From Selaginella moellendorffii (lineage: Eukaryota > Plantae > Lycopodiophyta), in NCBI RefSeq assembly GCF_000143415.4, contig NW_003314287.1, positions 62,001 through 126,000 on the forward strand: a stretch of DNA of 64,000 nucleotides, given 5' to 3'. The position numbers were made by a program, and so were the translations under genes. Below the pieces are notes generated by a model. That model was not told where the DNA came from. It saw only the letters and a program-made list of their open reading frames with translations, and searched no databases. Position 1 is the first letter of the stretch, and every line of letters begins with the position of its first letter. Below are positions 62,703 through 64,000 of this stretch, piece after piece.

Positions 62703-63762
62703 TCAATAGTAAGGCCTGTATCGCATGGGCCTCCGGAATCGAGGAACTTTTCTGGAGATCACAGAAGCAAGGGCGTGAGTGATAGATCGAGCAAAGGTTT
62801 GCAACTACGTACCCAAAGCCGTAAGGATATGGATAGGATGGGTAAGGCATGTAAGGCCTTCTCGGGAAGTAAGGCATGTAAGGAGCTCCAAAGCCGCCAC
62901 GGCCGCGGTGCTGCTTGAGTCCAGGAACATTAGTCCGCTTAGCAGCAACCTGTGAACAATCCGAGTGAGTAAAAGGAGATACCAAAACACCGACGGAAAT
63001 CCTTGCCTTGATAGGCCGACCGTGAAGCTCTGATTCGTTTAGTATGAGAGCGTTCTGGACAGCTTCGACTTCCAGGAACTCGACATAGGCAAATCTGTAA
63101 GCAGAGAAACGATCATCAGCATTAGAACCGGCACAGGGAAACGTTTTTGCGAAGATTTACCCCTTGGGCTGTCCGAACTTGTCAGTTAGAATAGTAACCC
63201 GGTTAACAGTGCCACAGGATTGAAAGTGTTGTTGGACTTCCTCTGGTGTGCACGAATAATCCACCTAAGAACATACCACTCACTAAGTTCCAAGGCAACG
63301 AGAAGAGAAGAAAAGAAGACTTACGTTTCCAACATACACCGAGCGAGCATCGGCTTCTTCCTTGCTCGCTTGTTGGGCAGCAGCAGCCGGATCTACAAAC
63401 ACACAAACACAAGAACACAAAATAAGCGACACAAAATCCACGAAGTTACACCAAGTTTGATCGAAAAATCTCACCTTGCCCAGCGCCCATTTCTTTCTCG
63501 ACCTTGGCTTGCATATCACGCAATGCAGCGGCCTCGTCCTCCATTTCCTTGAGGCGTTTCTTCATCTCTTCCAGCTCCTGGAACAATCGCAATGAGCAAT
63601 CGATTCATCCATACCCTAGGAAGGCGCTGAGCTTACCGTGGAGGTGGGATCGTCGCCGCCCGCATCGTCGCCTTGGTCGCCCTCGAGATCGCCCTCCACT
63701 TCCTCTGGAATCTCGCCGCCATAGACCTCGTGCTCGTCCTCCACTCCATGTGTCGCCTCCAT
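62703..63762 (-). CDS. PABN1: Nuclear polyadenylate-binding protein (PABPN1/PABN), multi-exon
   Basis: [56 protein letters not shown] and [12 protein letters not shown]. Confidence 0.96.
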
Positions 63763-64000
63763 TGCCCTAGCCCTTTAGCTCACTGTCTGCTTCTAGGGTT
63801 ATATAAGCTACTTTACTTTCATTTGCTCTTGCATCGCAGCCGTCCATTCCCCCCACACATCTACAACCGTTGGATGCTTTTCATTTCTCTGGAAGAACCC
63901 TAAATTGCTATGGATATTGGCGCTCGTGGGAACGAGCTCATCGCTGGCGCTGCAAATCGAGGTAGGGATTGCGGCCAGCGCGACCAGCGATCGCAAGCTG

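Noticed and set aside
63808-64000. Start of a gene divergent from PABN
   Set aside because: Cut by the window edge; the frame and start codon cannot be determined.

Overview
Eukaryotic plant genomic DNA. Introns are very short (about 55-75 bp), genes are tightly spaced, and PLS-PPR and CONSTANS-like genes are present; this style suggests a compact non-seed-plant genome such as the lycophyte Selaginella (inference only). Conserved genes: two convergent alpha-expansins, a PGAP1-like alpha/beta hydrolase, an atypical SDR/NAD(P)H-binding protein, a CONSTANS-like gene, an ACOT9-like thioesterase, a caprin-like Gly/RGG protein and nuclear poly(A)-binding protein. Two blocks of nested, decayed LTR retrotransposons (about 7.4-19.6 kb and 36.3-49 kb) include a complete Cassandra-type TRIM carrying 5S rRNA promoter sequence, a chromovirus with TSD and a solo LTR. 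Most unusual is a set of microbial-style, conflict-type genes that occur as pairs. (i) A head-to-head pair of AbiEii/DUF6036-like nucleotidyltransferase homologues, one with catalytic motifs and one degenerate (49.8-51.7 kb). (ii) A convergent pair of Crinkler/RHS-type header-NTPase-REase genes (24.9-28.9 kb). (iii) A minimal DxDxT phosphatase placed head-to-head with a fungal DUF3669-like kinase fragment (59.2-60.2 kb). There is also an intronless bacterial-type SnoaL gene. Most of these copies carry stops or frameshifts in this assembly. All family assignments are from motif recognition by eye; no searches were run.
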